The translations under genes were made by a program, and so were the position numbers. Below are positions 1 through 10,384 of a DNA stretch of 64,000 bases, in pieces. The notes beneath the pieces are model-generated. The model was given only the letters and a program-made list of their open reading frames with translations. It ran no database searches and was not told the DNA's origin. The DNA is from an uncultured Solirubrobacterales bacterium (GTDB lineage Bacteria; Actinomycetota; Thermoleophilia; Solirubrobacterales; Solirubrobacteraceae), in NCBI GenBank assembly GCA_963737395.1, contig CAVTSQ010000014.1:55690-119689 (forward strand), in the 5' to 3' direction. Each line of letters starts with the position of its first letter. The stretch's first letter is position 1.

Positions 1-389
1 CGCTCGATCCGCTCCAGGCGCTCGAGCACCTCGGCGTCGGCCCCGCTCGTCCTGGCGCAGCCGCGTCGCATCCGCGTGGCGAGGATGGCGACGACGATCG
101 ACGTGAGCGCCGGGACGAATGCGAGGCCGAGCAGCATCAGCGCGGCGCCGACGAGGCGTCCCGCCGTGTGGGCCGGCACGACGTCGCCGTAGCCGACGGT
201 GGAGACCGTCTGCAGCGCCCACCACATCGCGTCGCCGAACGAGGTGAAGGTGTCCGGCTCGACCAGGTTGGCCAGGAAGGCGCCGGCGACGGTCAGCACG
301 ATCGCGACGGCCGCGAGCGTCAGCACGACCCGCCAGATCGTCAGGTTCTCGATGTAGCGGATGAGGCGGGGACGGTCCTGGACGGGCAT
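1..389 (-). CDS. Potassium channel pore-domain protein (3' end runs off the window)
   Basis: Not in the ORF track because there is no stop inside the window. Hand translation of the minus strand from the ATG (complement of cat 387-389) gives MPVQDRPRLIRYIENLTIWRVVLTLAAVAIVLTVAGAFLANLVEPDTFTSFGDAMWWALQTVSTVGYGDVVP... TVGYGD is the canonical K+ selectivity filter, and it sits between two hydrophobic helices. Confidence 0.7.
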   Translation of the reverse strand, partial: MPVQDRPRLIRYIENLTIWRVVLTLAAVAIVLTVAGAFLANLVEPDTFTSFGDAMWWALQTVSTVGYGDVVPAHTAGRLVGAALMLLGLAFVPALTSIVVAILATRMRRGCARTSGADAEVLERLERIE

Positions 390-520
390 CCACGCGTGCT
401 TCGCCGTCGCCCGCCGCTCTCCTGGCCGTGACGTGACGACCGTCACGCATAACCGCGCTGCATACCAAGCAGGCAACACGCGTCTTTGTGGTCGGGGGCA
501 GCCTTTCGTTGTCTATAGGC

Positions 521-667
521 ATGACCTTCCTCTCCCGCATCCTCCCCACGCCCCGGCGCAACGCCGGCGAGGCGTCCGTCCACTTCCACGCCGGCCCGCA
601 GGGCCAGCCCTCCCCCTGCTTCGACGAGCGCTGCCCGTCGCCGCGGATGGATCCGGAGGCTCGCTGA
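521..667 (+). CDS. Small conserved-looking Cys/His protein (48 aa), immediately upstream of the MFS gene
   Basis: Below the ORF-track size cut-off; read by hand as MTFLSRILPTPRRNAGEASVHFHAGPQGQPSPCFDERCPSPRMDPEAR*. About 45 of 47 third codon positions are G/C, which is the coding signature in this genome. The stop (665-667) lies 5 nt before the MFS ATG at 673. Confidence 0.35.
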   Translation: MTFLSRILPTPRRNAGEASVHFHAGPQGQPSPCFDERCPSPRMDPEAR

Positions 668-672
668 GTCAG

Positions 673-1891
673 ATGACGAGCCTCGCGCTCCGACGTCCCC
701 TCCCGCGCCCGTTCGGCGCCGCGGCCGCCGTGCGGCCCGGCGTCGCGCTGGCCGCGCTCGCCCTCGGCGGGTTCGCGATCGGGACGACGGAGTTCGTGGC
801 CATGGGCCTGTTGCCCGAGATCGCCCACGGCGTCTCGGTCTCGCTGCCGGCCGCCGGCCAGATCGTCAGCGCCTACGCGCTCGGGGTCGTCGTCGGCGCG
901 CCGGTGCTGGCGGCGCTGGCCGCGCGCTTCCCGCGCCGCACGGTCCTGATCGCCTTCATGGCCGCCTACGCGGCCGGCAACCTGCTCAGCGCCCTGGCCC
1001 CGTCGTTCGGGTTGCTCGCGCTCTCGCGCTTCGTCGCCGGGCTGCCCCACGGCGCCTACTTCGGCGTCGCGGCGCTGGTCGCCGCCGACCTCGCCGGACC
1101 GCAGATGCGCGCCCGCGCCGTCGCCCGGGTCCTGCTCGGGCTGAGCGTGGCCAACGTGATCGGCGTCCCGTTCGCGACCTGGCTGGGCCAGTCGTTCGGC
1201 TGGCGCAGCGCCTACGTGGCCGCCGCCGCGCTGGCCGCGCTGACCATGCTCGCCGTCTGGCGCTTCGTGCCGTGGACGCCGCCGAACCCGGGGCGACGAT
1301 CCGCCGCGAGGCCGGCGCCCTGCGCCGTCCGCAGGTGCTGCTCGCCGTGGCGACCGGCGCCGTCGGCGGCGGCGGCCTGTTCGCCATCTACTCCTACGTC
1401 TCCCCGATCCTGACCGACCGCTCCGGGGTCTCGAGCGCGCTGGTCCCCCTCGTGCTCGCGCTGCTCGGCCTCGGCATGGTCGCCGGCGGCCTGATCGGCG
1501 GCCGGCTCGTCGACTGGCGCCCGTCGCGGCGCGATCTTCGGCGCCTTCGTGTGGATGGCCGCGGTCTTCGCCCTGTTCACGGTCACGTCGCAGTCGGCGA
1601 TCACCGCGATCCCGACGGTCTTCCTGCTCGGAACGAGTCTCGTGCTGCCGACCGGGCTGCAGATGCGCCTGATGGACGTCTCGGGCGAGGCCCAGACGCT
1701 CGGCGCCGCGCTCAACCACTCGGCCTTCAACACGGCCAACGCGCTCGGCGCGTGGATCGGCGGCGCTCGTGCTCGCCGCGGGCCTCGGGCTGACCGCGCC
1801 GATGTGGGCCGCGGTCGCCCTCACGCTGGCCGGGATGGCGATCTTCGCCGTCGCGGTCGCGCTCGAGCGCCGCGCGGCGCCGGCCGTCTAG
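673..1891 (+). CDS. MFS transporter, 12-TMS sugar/purine-efflux-like; frame-disrupted (3 apparent indels)
   Basis: Several pieces join into one MFS protein. ORF 361..1413 contributes from M at 673 (MTSLALRR...GTTEFVAMGLLPEIA...). ORF 1272..1793 contributes ..GGGGLFAIYSYVSPILTD.. ORF 1549..2781 contributes MWMAAVFALFTV...NTANALGAWIGG. The hand-read tail is LVLAAGLGLTAPMWAAVALTLAGMAIFAVAVALERRAAPAV* (stop 1889-1891). Frame switches fall near 1290, 1540 and 1765. Confidence 0.75.
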
Positions 1892-2600
1892 AGCATCGCC
1901 GCGCCGAGGCGCACGAGCGCCGCGTTGTCGGGCGCCGGCGAGCCGTCGGGCAGGACCGTCGTGTCCTCCAGTCCGGCGCGGATCCCGTGGCCGCGCCGCA
2001 CCGCGCGCTCCATCACCGCCCAGGTGGCGACCCCGTCGCCGTGGTGTACCTGCTCGAGCTCGATGCCGGCCTGGGTGACGATCAGCTCCATCGAGGCGGC
2101 GTGGGCGGCAGCCGCGATCGCGTTGGCGTCGAGCGGCTCGATCAGCACGCGCGTGCAGCGCGGCGCCAGGCCCGAGGCGACGAAGGCGTGGGCGTCGTCG
2201 TCGGAGAGCAAGCCGGCCTCGATCCCGACGCCACGGCCGATCAGGTCCTCGTACAACGCGACGATCCCCGGCTCGCCCTGGTTGGCGGTGACGAGGTCGG
2301 GCAGCTCGGTCCAGGCCGCGACGAGCGCGCGACGCCGCGCGGGGTCGGGCGCGATCTCCGAGCGGGTGCTCAGCGAGATCGGGACGCCGGGGCACGCCGC
2401 GCGGACGGCCCGCAGCACCGCCGCACTGGGCTCGGCGGCCAGCGTCTCGACGCCGTCGTCGTAAGGATGCAGGCGCAGACCCGCGCACCGGCGTCGACCG
2501 ACGCCCGCGCGGCGGCGGCGAGCTCGCCGGGGGTGCGCGGGATGGCCGGATGCTCGGCCGGCGTCCGCGCTCCGTTCAGGCAGGCCTGGAGAAGACCCAA
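1888..2600 (-). CDS. 3-keto-5-aminohexanoate cleavage enzyme family (BKACE/DUF849) protein; frame-disrupted (1 indel near 2470)
   Basis: ORF 1888..2418 contains ...PISLSTRSEIAPDP...IEAGLLSDDDAHAFV...VLIEPLD.. The N-terminal piece LLQACLNGARTPAEHPAIPRTPGELAAAARASVDAGA lies in the 2370..3155 frame. The TTG start at 2600 overlaps the stop of the LOG gene. Confidence 0.6.
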
Positions 2601-3139
2601 CGGTCGATCGTCACGAGGAGGTCGTCGAGGCGGGGCACCATGGCGATCAATTCCCGTTCCGTGTCCCGGACGAACCCATGCTCGACGGCGTGCTCGAGGA
2701 GAACCCGCAACGGGCGGAAGTAGCCCTCGGCGTCGAGGATCGCGAACGGCTTGCGGTGGAAGCCGAGCTGGCGCCAGGTGAGCATCTCGAACAGCTCGTC
2801 GAAGGTGCCCAGGCCGCCCGGCAGCGTGACGAAGGCCGACGACAGGTCGTGCATGCGCTGCTTGCGCTCGTGCATCGTCCGCGTGACGTGCAGCTCGGCG
2901 AGGTCGCGTCGGCCGCACTCGCGGTCCATCAGGTCCTGCGGGATCACGCCGATCACCTCGCCGCCGGCGCTCAGGGCCCCGTCGGCCAGCGCGCCCATCA
3001 CGCCGCGGCCGCCCGCGCCGTAGACGATCGGGATGCCACGGTCGGCCAGCGACTCGCCGAGCTCGCGGGCGATGCGGGTAAAGCCGGTCGAGACGCCGGG
3101 GCTCGAGCCGCAGAAGACGCAGACGCGGAACGGTTCCAC
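2576..3139 (-). CDS. LOG family protein (cytokinin riboside 5'-monophosphate phosphoribohydrolase / TIGR00730-like)
   Basis: Intact 187-aa ORF with the family signatures VYGAGGRGVMGA and PGGLGTFDELFE. Confidence 0.85.
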   Translation of the reverse strand: MEPFRVCVFCGSSPGVSTGFTRIARELGESLADRGIPIVYGAGGRGVMGALADGALSAGGEVIGVIPQDLMDRECGRRDLAELHVTRTMHERKQRMHDLSSAFVTLPGGLGTFDELFEMLTWRQLGFHRKPFAILDAEGYFRPLRVLLEHAVEHGFVRDTERELIAMVPRLDDLLVTIDRWVFSRPA

Positions 3140-3169
3140 CCGCCCACTGTGCCACTAGCTTGAGGACCG

Positions 3170-4001
3170 ATGCCCGACCTCGCCCCCACCGTCACCCTGT
3201 CCCGCGGCGCCGAGATGCCGCGGCTCGGCCTCGGCACCTGGCCCCTGGACGACGCCGCCGCGGCCGACGCCGTCGCCGGCGCGATCGGCCTCGGCTACCG
3301 CTCGATCGACACGGCCTACGCCTACGGCAACGAACGCGGCGTCGGCGAGGGCCTACGCGCTCCGGCGTGCCCCGCGAGGAGCTCTTCGTCGTCTCCAAGC
3401 TCAACGCCCGCTGGCATGGCGTCGAGGAGGTCAAGGAGGCCTTCGCGATGGCCACCGACAAGCTCGGCACCGACTACCTCGACCTGTTCCTGATCCACTG
3501 GCCCAACCCCGACCAGGACCGCTACGTCGAGGCGTACCGCGGCCTGATCGCCCTGCACGAGGCCGGCCTGGTCCGCGGCGTCGGCGTCTCGAACTTCAAG
3601 CCTGCCCACCTCGAGCGCGTGATCGCCGAGACCGGCCAGGCGCCCGACCTCGACCAGATCGAGCTCGACCCGACGCTGACCCGAACCGAGGCGCGGGCCT
3701 TCCACGCCGAGCACGGGATCATCACCGAGTCGTGGAGCCCGCTCGGGCAGGGCAGCGGCGTGATCGACGAGCCGGCCATCGTCGAGATCGCCGAGGCGCC
3801 GGCCGCACCCCGGCCCAGATCGTCCTGCGCTGGCACATGGAGCTCGGCTGCGTGACCGTGCCGAAGTCGGCCGATCCCGAGCGCCAGGCGACCAACCTCG
3901 ACATCTTCGACTTCGCGCTGACCGAGGACGAGGTCCGGGCGATCTCCGCGCTCGACCGCGGCGAGGCGGCCGCCGAGGACTCGGACGTCAGCGGGCACTA
4001 A
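3170..4001 (+). CDS. Aldo/keto reductase (2,5-diketo-D-gluconate reductase-like); frame-disrupted (2 indels near 3360 and 3800)
   Basis: The pieces are 3170..3493 (MPDLAPTVTLSRGAEMPRLGLGTWPL...DTAYAYGNE), 3160..3855 (..LFVVSKLN...YLDLFLIHWPNP...VSNF..) and 3732..4001 (..TPAQIVLRWHMELGCVTVPKS..). Confidence 0.8.
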
Positions 4002-4007
4002 CCGCGG

Positions 4008-4635
4008 CTAGGCCGCGGTGCGCTCGAGCACCCACTCGCGCCACGCCGGCATCAGCTCCGGCGCCGTCAACAGCTCGGGCAGCAACGAGTGGTCCTGGAG
4101 CAGCGCCCGGTGCATCAGCGCGACCGTCACCGTGTGGTCGGGCCGGTGGACGATCTCGATCGCGTCGCCGGCGCCGATGTCGCCCTCCTCGACGATCCCG
4201 AAGTACGCGCCCGGCCGGTCGGCCTTGGCGAAGGCGCGCACGAACTTCGGGTTGCCGAAGCGCAGGCCGAGCTTGAAGCACGGCATCCGCGACTGGCGGA
4301 CCTCGAGCAGCGTCGAGCCGACGCGCCAGCGCTCGCCGAGCAGCGCGCCGCTGACGTCGACCCCGCGCGTGGTCAGGTTCTCGCCGAAGGGCGCGTCGCC
4401 GAGGTCGGCCTCGAGCAGGGTCGACCACCAGGCGGTGTCCTCGGCGGCGTAGGCGTAGACCGCCTTGTCGGGACCGCCGTGGACGCTGCGGTCGGCCTGG
4501 TCGTCGCCGGCGAGGTTGACGCCGCGCACCGGCACGCGGCCCTCGACGGGGTGCTTCCAGATCGACGTGCTCACGACCCGGCCCCCGACCTGGACGTCGC
4601 GCGGGCTCGCCGACGTTGACGGCGACGATCTCCAT
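4008..4635 (-). CDS. MOSC domain protein (YiiM-like); frame-disrupted near the 5' end (about 4598)
   Basis: ORF 4008..4574 contains ..GDDQADRSVHGGPDKAVYAY...RMPCFKLG.. Upstream, MEIVAVNVGEP (ATG at 4635) is one base out of frame with PRDVQVGGRVVSTSIWKHPVEG. Confidence 0.75.
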
Positions 4636-4643
4636 CCCGGGAC

Positions 4644-5377
4644 TCAGGCCATCGAGCCGGTCGGGCCGAAGCGCTCGGTGCGGATCGGCGCCGGCGGCCA
4701 TGCCGGCGTCGAGCAGCAGCCGCGAGGCGGCCTCGACGAAGCCGTTGGAGCCGCAGATGAAGGCCAGGCTCGCCGCGCTCGCCGGCTCGGCCAGCAGCGC
4801 CGCGTCGATGCGACCCTCGTGGCCGCCCCAGCCCGGCGGCGCCTGGCGCGGTGTAGGTGAGCGTCGTCTCGGGCCCGAGCTCGTCGCCGTAGATCGCGTC
4901 GAGCGGCCCGCGGACCGAGTAGACGAGGTGCATCGGCAGCTCCGGCGCCACGCGACGGCGGTGGCGCAGCATCGCCATCAGCGGCACCACGCCCGAGCCG
5001 CCGCCGACGAGCAGGACCGGCGACTCGCCGCGCCAGACGAAGTAGGAGGCGAACGGACCGCGCAGCTCGACCTGGTCGCCCTCGGCGACGACGTCGTGGA
5101 AGTACGGCGAGACCTCGCCGTCGGCCAGGCGGTCGATCGTCAGCTCGATCTGCCCGCGGTCCAGCGGCGACGACGCGATCGAGTAGGAGCGCTGGGCCTG
5201 GTAGCCGTCGGGCGCGGTCAGCCGCACGTCGTAGTGCTGGCCGGGCATGTGCGGCATCCACATCGGCAGCGAGATCCGGAACGACTTGACGGTCGGGGTC
5301 TCGACGGCGATCGCCGTGACCGTGCCGACCTGCCAGCGCCCGGGCGCGCGCTGGACGACGGGTGTCAGTCCGTCCAA
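4644..5377 (-). CDS. Ferredoxin-NADP reductase-type FAD/NAD(P)-binding oxidoreductase; frame-disrupted (about 2 indels in the 3' third)
   Basis: The 4571..5746 frame carries the core sequence ..WQVGTVTAIAVETPTVKSFRISLP...QRSYSIASSP...LLVGGGSGVVPLMAML... The C-terminus ..IRTERFGPTGSMA* is in the 4644..5261 frame. The start is uncertain (TTG 5377 or CTG 5368) and overlaps the upstream stop. Confidence 0.65.
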
Positions 5378-5975
5378 TACCGCTCCTCCTTCCACGGGTC
5401 GCCGTGGTTGTTGTAGCCGTTGGCCTCCCAGAAGCCGGGCTCGTCGTGGTCCATGATCCGCAGCCCCGAGACCCACTTCGCGCTCTTCCAGAAGTACAGG
5501 TGCGGCACGAGCAGCCGGGCCGGGCCGCCGTGCTCGCGCGGCAGCGGCTCGCCCTCGTGCTCGATCACGACCCACGCCTTGCCGTCGGTCAGGTCCTCGA
5601 TCGCGACGTTGGTCGTGTAGCCGCCGTAGGACATCGCCATCGCGTAGGCGCCGAGCGGCTCGACGGCCTCGAGCAGCGTGTCCACCGAGACGCCGCGGAA
5701 GCTCGTGCCGAGCTTGGACCACTTCGTCACGCAGTGGATGTCGCACGGGATGTCCTCGTGCGGGAGCTGGCGCGAACTCCTCCCAGCTCCAGCTCTGCGG
5801 GCGCGGCGACGTCGCCGTCGACCCCGAAGCGCCACTCGGCGGTGTCGACGTGCGGGGTCGGGCCGGCGGTCAGCACGGGGAAGCCCGGCTCGATGTACTG
5901 GCCCGGCGGGACCCGGTCCCGAAGCTCTTCCGGGATCCGCCGGCGGCCGCCGAAGCCACGGGAGATGAAGCTCAT
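5365..5975 (-). CDS. Molybdopterin-binding oxidoreductase (sulfite-oxidase/YedY-type Mo domain); frame-disrupted (1 indel near 5775)
   Basis: The N-terminal piece MSFISRGFGGRRRIPEELRDRVPPGQYIEPGFPVLTAGPTPHVD.. is the tail of ORF 5727..7034. It continues in ORF 5365..6000 as ..DIHCVTKWSKLGTSFRGVS...PARLLVPHLYFWKSAKWV... Confidence 0.7.
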
Positions 5976-6034
5976 GGCGCCACGGTAACGGGCGCCGCAA
6001 GCATCGGTTATGTCCGGATGGACAACGCGGAGGG

Positions 6035-7057
6035 CTAGCGCTGCGCCACCGAGCCCAGCGCCTGCGCCCGCCGCGCGCTCTGGCGGTGGCGCAGCGCGAG
6101 CAGCGCGCCCAGCGTGAGCACGACCATGGCGACGATCATCGCCACGAACCCTCCCCACGTGGCGCCGCCGGGCAGGCGCGTGTTGGCGCCGTAGAAGCTC
6201 GCGATGAAGGTCGGCACGAGCGCCACGACGCCGAGCTGCTCGAACAGGTCGCTGCGGCGGCGCTGGCGAGCGTCGTGCACGGCGGCGAAGGCCTCGCGCA
6301 GCTCGCGGGCGAGCTCGCCGAGGCGGGCCAGCGTGCGATCGACGCGGTCGTCGACCTCGGCCACCCCGCCCTGCCACGTGACGTCGGCGAACCACGCCTT
6401 GGCGAGGTCGGCCTTGACCCCGGCCGGGTTGAGCGGGGCCAGCCAGGAGCGGAAGCGCACGACCGAGCCCCAGATGTCCCACGGCATCGTCGGGCCTTCG
6501 TCCTCGCCCGCCTCGCCGTAGGTGCGGATCTCCCAGTCCTCGAACCACTGCGGCGAGCTCGCGGGAGGCCGAGGCGTAGGTCAGCGCGAGCTCGAAGAGC
6601 ACGAGCACGCCGAGGTCGCCGCTCGTCCGCGCCTCGCAGCCGTGCCAGCGGCGCTCGACGGCGTGCCAGATCTCCTCGGCCGGCTGCGGCTCGGCCACGG
6701 GTCCGTCGACCGCGTCGGCCCCGCGATAGCCGATCGGCTCGTGCCAGCAGACGACGAGCCAGCCGGGCGCGCTGAGGAACTCGACCATGCGAAACGTGAC
6801 GACGCCCGAGTCGACGTCCTCCTCGGCGTCCGGCTGCGCGCGCACGTCGAAGGCCGACGTGCGGCGCACCGGCGAGGACTCGTCGGGCGGATCGACGTGC
6901 GGGCGCTCGTCGCGCTCGAGCAGGTTCTCGACGTCGTCGAGCGACGGCGCGGGGTCGAGCAGCCGCGACAGGTCGCCGTGCAGCGCCGCGGGGTCGTCCC
7001 GTGCGCGACCTCGACGCAGCGAACGCCGGGCCATTCGCGCGTCGCAAGGATCGACAT
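6035..7057 (-). CDS. CorA-superfamily divalent-cation transporter-like protein with a GAN (not GMN) signature; frame-disrupted (about 2 indels)
   Basis: The C-terminal ORF 6035..6487 has two TM helices and ..LVPTFIASFYGANTRLP.. The cytoplasmic domain lies in the 5727..7034 frame. The probable start MSILATRE at 7057 forms an ATGA overlap with the upstream stop. Confidence 0.6.
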
Positions 7058-9491
7058 CAGGCCCGCACGCGCTCCATCTTCGGGTCGTAGAGCGGCTCGG
7101 CCGCCACCCGGGCGCCGATCCAGCGGCCGAACAGGCCGACCTCGACGCGGTCGTCCTCCTGCACGGACGGCGGGCAGGTAGGCGTAGGCGATCGACGCCC
7201 GACGCGGTGGCCGTAGCCGCCCGAGGTCACGCGGCCGACCTTCTCGCCGCCGACGCGTACCGGCTCGTTGCCCAGGCAGACCTCGAGCGGGTCGTCGAGC
7301 AGGAGGCAGCGCAGCGTGCGCGCCGGGTCGCCCGCGCCGCGGCCAGCGCGTCGCGGCCGATGAACCCGCCGTCCTTGTCCATCCGCACGGCGAACGACAG
7401 CCCGGCCTCGAAGGGCGTCGTCTCCGGCGTGATGTCGAGGCCCCACACGCGATAGCCCTTCTCCAGGCGCATCGAGTCGATCGCCCGGTAGCCCGCCGCG
7501 GCCATCCCGTGCTCGCGGCCGGCGGCCCACAGCACGTCCCACAGCGTCTGCCCGTACTCGGCCGAGCAGTAGAGCTCCCAGCCGAGCTCGCCGACGAACG
7601 TGATCCGCTGGGCGAAGACCGGCACCGGGCCGACGGTGATCTCCTTCGCGCGCAGGAACTTGAAGTCCTCGCGGGCCAGCGAGTCGTCGGTCAGCGGCTG
7701 GAGGATCTCGCGGGCCAGCGGCCCCCACAGGCAGTAGCAGGCGCGGGCGCCGCTGACGTCGGCGATCCGCGTGGCGCCGTCGTCGGGCAGGTGGCTTGGC
7801 GATCCACGAGCCGTCGTGGCGGCCGAAGGCCGTGCCGGTGACCACGCGGAAGCTCTCCTCCCCCACCCGGGTGACGGTGAGGTCTGCCTCGATCCCGCCA
7901 CGGACGTTGAGCAGCTGCGTGTAGACGGCGCGGCCGACATCGCCGGCCACGTCGTTGGCGCACAGCGTGCGACAGCGCCGCCGCGGCGCCGGGGCCGGTC
8001 ACGTCGAGCTTGGAGAACGAGGACTGGTCGAACAGCGCGGCGCGTCGCGCGTGGCGAGGCACTCGGCGCCGATCGCCGGCGACCAGTACCGCCCCGCCCA
8101 GCCGTTCGGGCGCAACGCCTCGTCGCCGTCGCCGGCGTTGGAGTCGAACCAGTTCGCCCGCTCCCAACCGGCCTTCTCGCCCCAGCTCGCGTCGAGCGCG
8201 TCCAGCCGCGCGTAGGCGGGCGAGACCCGCAGCGGACGGCCGGCCTCGAACTCCTCGCCCGGGTAGACGACGTCGTAGTAACGCGAGTAGGCGTCGAGCG
8301 CGCGCACGCGCGCGTGTCGCCTGGAGCGGTAGTGGGCGCCGAAGCGCCGCACGTCCATCCCCGCCATGTCGTACTCGGGCAGGCCCTCGACGATCCACTC
8401 GGCCATGACCTTGCCCACGCCGCCCGCGCCCGCCAGGCCGTGGACGCAGAAGCCCGCCGCGACCCACAGCCCGGGCACCTCGGTCTCGCCCAGGCAGAAC
8501 TCGCCGTCGGGCGTGAACGCCTCCGGTCCGTTGACCGTCTTGACGAGCTCGATGCCGCGCAGCGCCGGCACGCGGGCCTGCGCGCGCTCCCAGGACTCGC
8601 CGAAGCTCTCGGGGTCGGCGTCGAAGAGCGTCCGGGCCTCGGCCAGCGGGGCGTCGGTGTCCCACGTGACCGGGTGCCGCGAGTAGCCGCCGACGAGCAG
8701 GCCGCCCTGCTCGGGGCGGAAGTAGTGGATGCCGTCGGGGTCGCGGACGGTCGTCGTCGTGTCGGGCAGCGCCGGGTCGAGCGGCGCGGTGACCACGTAC
8801 TGGTGGCGCATCGGCACGATCGGGACGAGCGCGCCGGCCATGGCGGCCGACGACGCCGGCCGCGGCGCCGGCCGCGTTGACGACGACATCGGTGGCGATC
8901 GCGCCGCGGTCGGTCTCGACGCCGGCGATGCGGCCGCGCTCGAGCCTGAAGCCGGTCACGCGCGTGTGCTCGTGGAACCCCACGCCGCCGCGGCGCGCGC
9001 CGTCGGCCAGCGCGAGCGCGAGCAGCTCGGGGTCGAGGTAGCCATCGCCCGGCAGCCAGGCGGCGGCGAGCACGTCGTCGACCTGGAGGATCGGCAGGCG
9101 CTCGCGCGCCTGCTCGGCCGTCAGCAGGTCGAGCTCGAGCCCGTAGGTCTCCGCCGCGCTCTCGAAGCGCCGCAGCTCCTCGACGCGCTCCGTCGGTCGT
9201 GGCCAGTCGCAGGCCGCCGACGCCGCGCCAGCCCGGGTCGCGGCCGGTCACGTCGGCGAGCTCGGCGTAGAGCCCGGTCGAGTAGATGATCATCCGCGTC
9301 TGGGTGATCGTCGAGCGCAGCTGGCCGACGAACCCGGCCGAGTGCCACGTCGTGCCCTCCGTCAGCCCGTGTTGCTCGAGCACGACGACGTCCTTCCAGC
9401 CCAGTCGCGCCAGGTGGTAGGCGATGCTCGTGCCCCCGACGCCGCCGCCGATCACGACGGCGCGCGCGCCGCTCGGCAGGTCAGTCGCCAC
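7057..9491 (-). CDS. FAD-dependent oxidoreductase fused to a GcvT-like aminomethyltransferase domain (dimethylglycine/sarcosine dehydrogenase family); heavily frame-disrupted (at least 8 switches)
   Basis: The N-terminus MATDLPSGARAVVIGGGVGGTSIAYHLA is a dinucleotide fold. The middle reads ..VPMRHQYVVT...WVAAGFCVHGLAGAGG.. The C-terminus ..FVGELGWELYC...MRLEKGYRVWG...PLYDPKMERVRA* is the folate-binding GcvT domain. The pieces are spread over ORFs 7227..9491, 7691..9073, 7999..8889 and 7057..7950. Confidence 0.8.
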
Positions 9492-10384
9492 GGCGCGCCT
9501 CGCGCAGCAGCTCGTCGAGCTCCGGGGAGTCGAACGTCGCCACGGCGCGCTCGTACTTCTCCATCCCCCACGCCCAGAAGTCGAAGTCGATCGCCGAGAC
9601 GCCGTCCTGGATCGAGGCCCACAGCGTCCAGCCGTACTGCGACATCAGGCCCCACAGCCGCGCGCGGGCGACCTCGTGGCGGACGGTTCTCCCGTGGTAG
9701 GCGTACACGAGCTCCTCGAGCTGGGCGACCGAGAGGCCCGACTCGCTCCACACGTTGCCGAGCTCGAACCCGGCGTCGTTGTTGCCGGAGTACTCGTAGT
9801 CGATCAGCCGGTAGCCGTCGGAGGTGAGGATGAAGTTCTCGGCCAGCAGGTCGTTGTTGCACGGCACCTTCGGACCGGCGTGCACGGCCAGCGCCTCGCG
9901 GATCGCCTCGACCTGGCCGGCGAACTCGTCGTAGCGGTCGGGCAGGCGAAAGCCGCGCTCCTCGACCAGGCGCCGGTAGCGCGGCTGGATCGCGAACATG
10001 TCGAAGTCGTCGCGGAAGGGCTCGGCGCGCGTGCAGACGGCGGATCGCCGCGGCGATCTCGTCCATCGAGGCCTCCTCGCGCATCGCCTCGCTGCTCATC
10101 GTGCGCCCGTCGATGAAGCCGATCACGAGCGTGTTGTCCTCGGGGCGGTAGGCGACGACCTCGGCGCCGACGCCGGCCGCGGCCGCCTTGACCGAGTTCT
10201 CGTGCTCGTTGTCGCGGTCGATCGCGAGCAGCGCGCCGTCGTCGGACCAGCGGCGCACGACGTAGGCGCGATCGCCGGCCGTCACCTTGAGGTTCTCGTT
10301 CGTGAGGCCGCCCTCGAGCGGCTCGACCGTGCGCTCCCCGGACAGCTCGGGGATCGCGTCGAGGACGGCGTCGAGCTCGCTCAT
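9481..10384 (-). CDS. Choline/ethanolamine kinase-like phosphotransferase (APH fold); frame-disrupted (1 indel near 10025)
   Basis: The N-terminal piece MSELDAVLDAIPELSGERTVEPLEGGLTNENLKV.. lies within ORF 9452..10774. The C-terminal ORF 9481..9999 has the catalytic region ..PCNNDLLAENFI...LIDYEYSGNND.. The start forms an ATGA overlap with the hisN stop, and the stop overlaps the next start by 11 nt. Confidence 0.65.
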
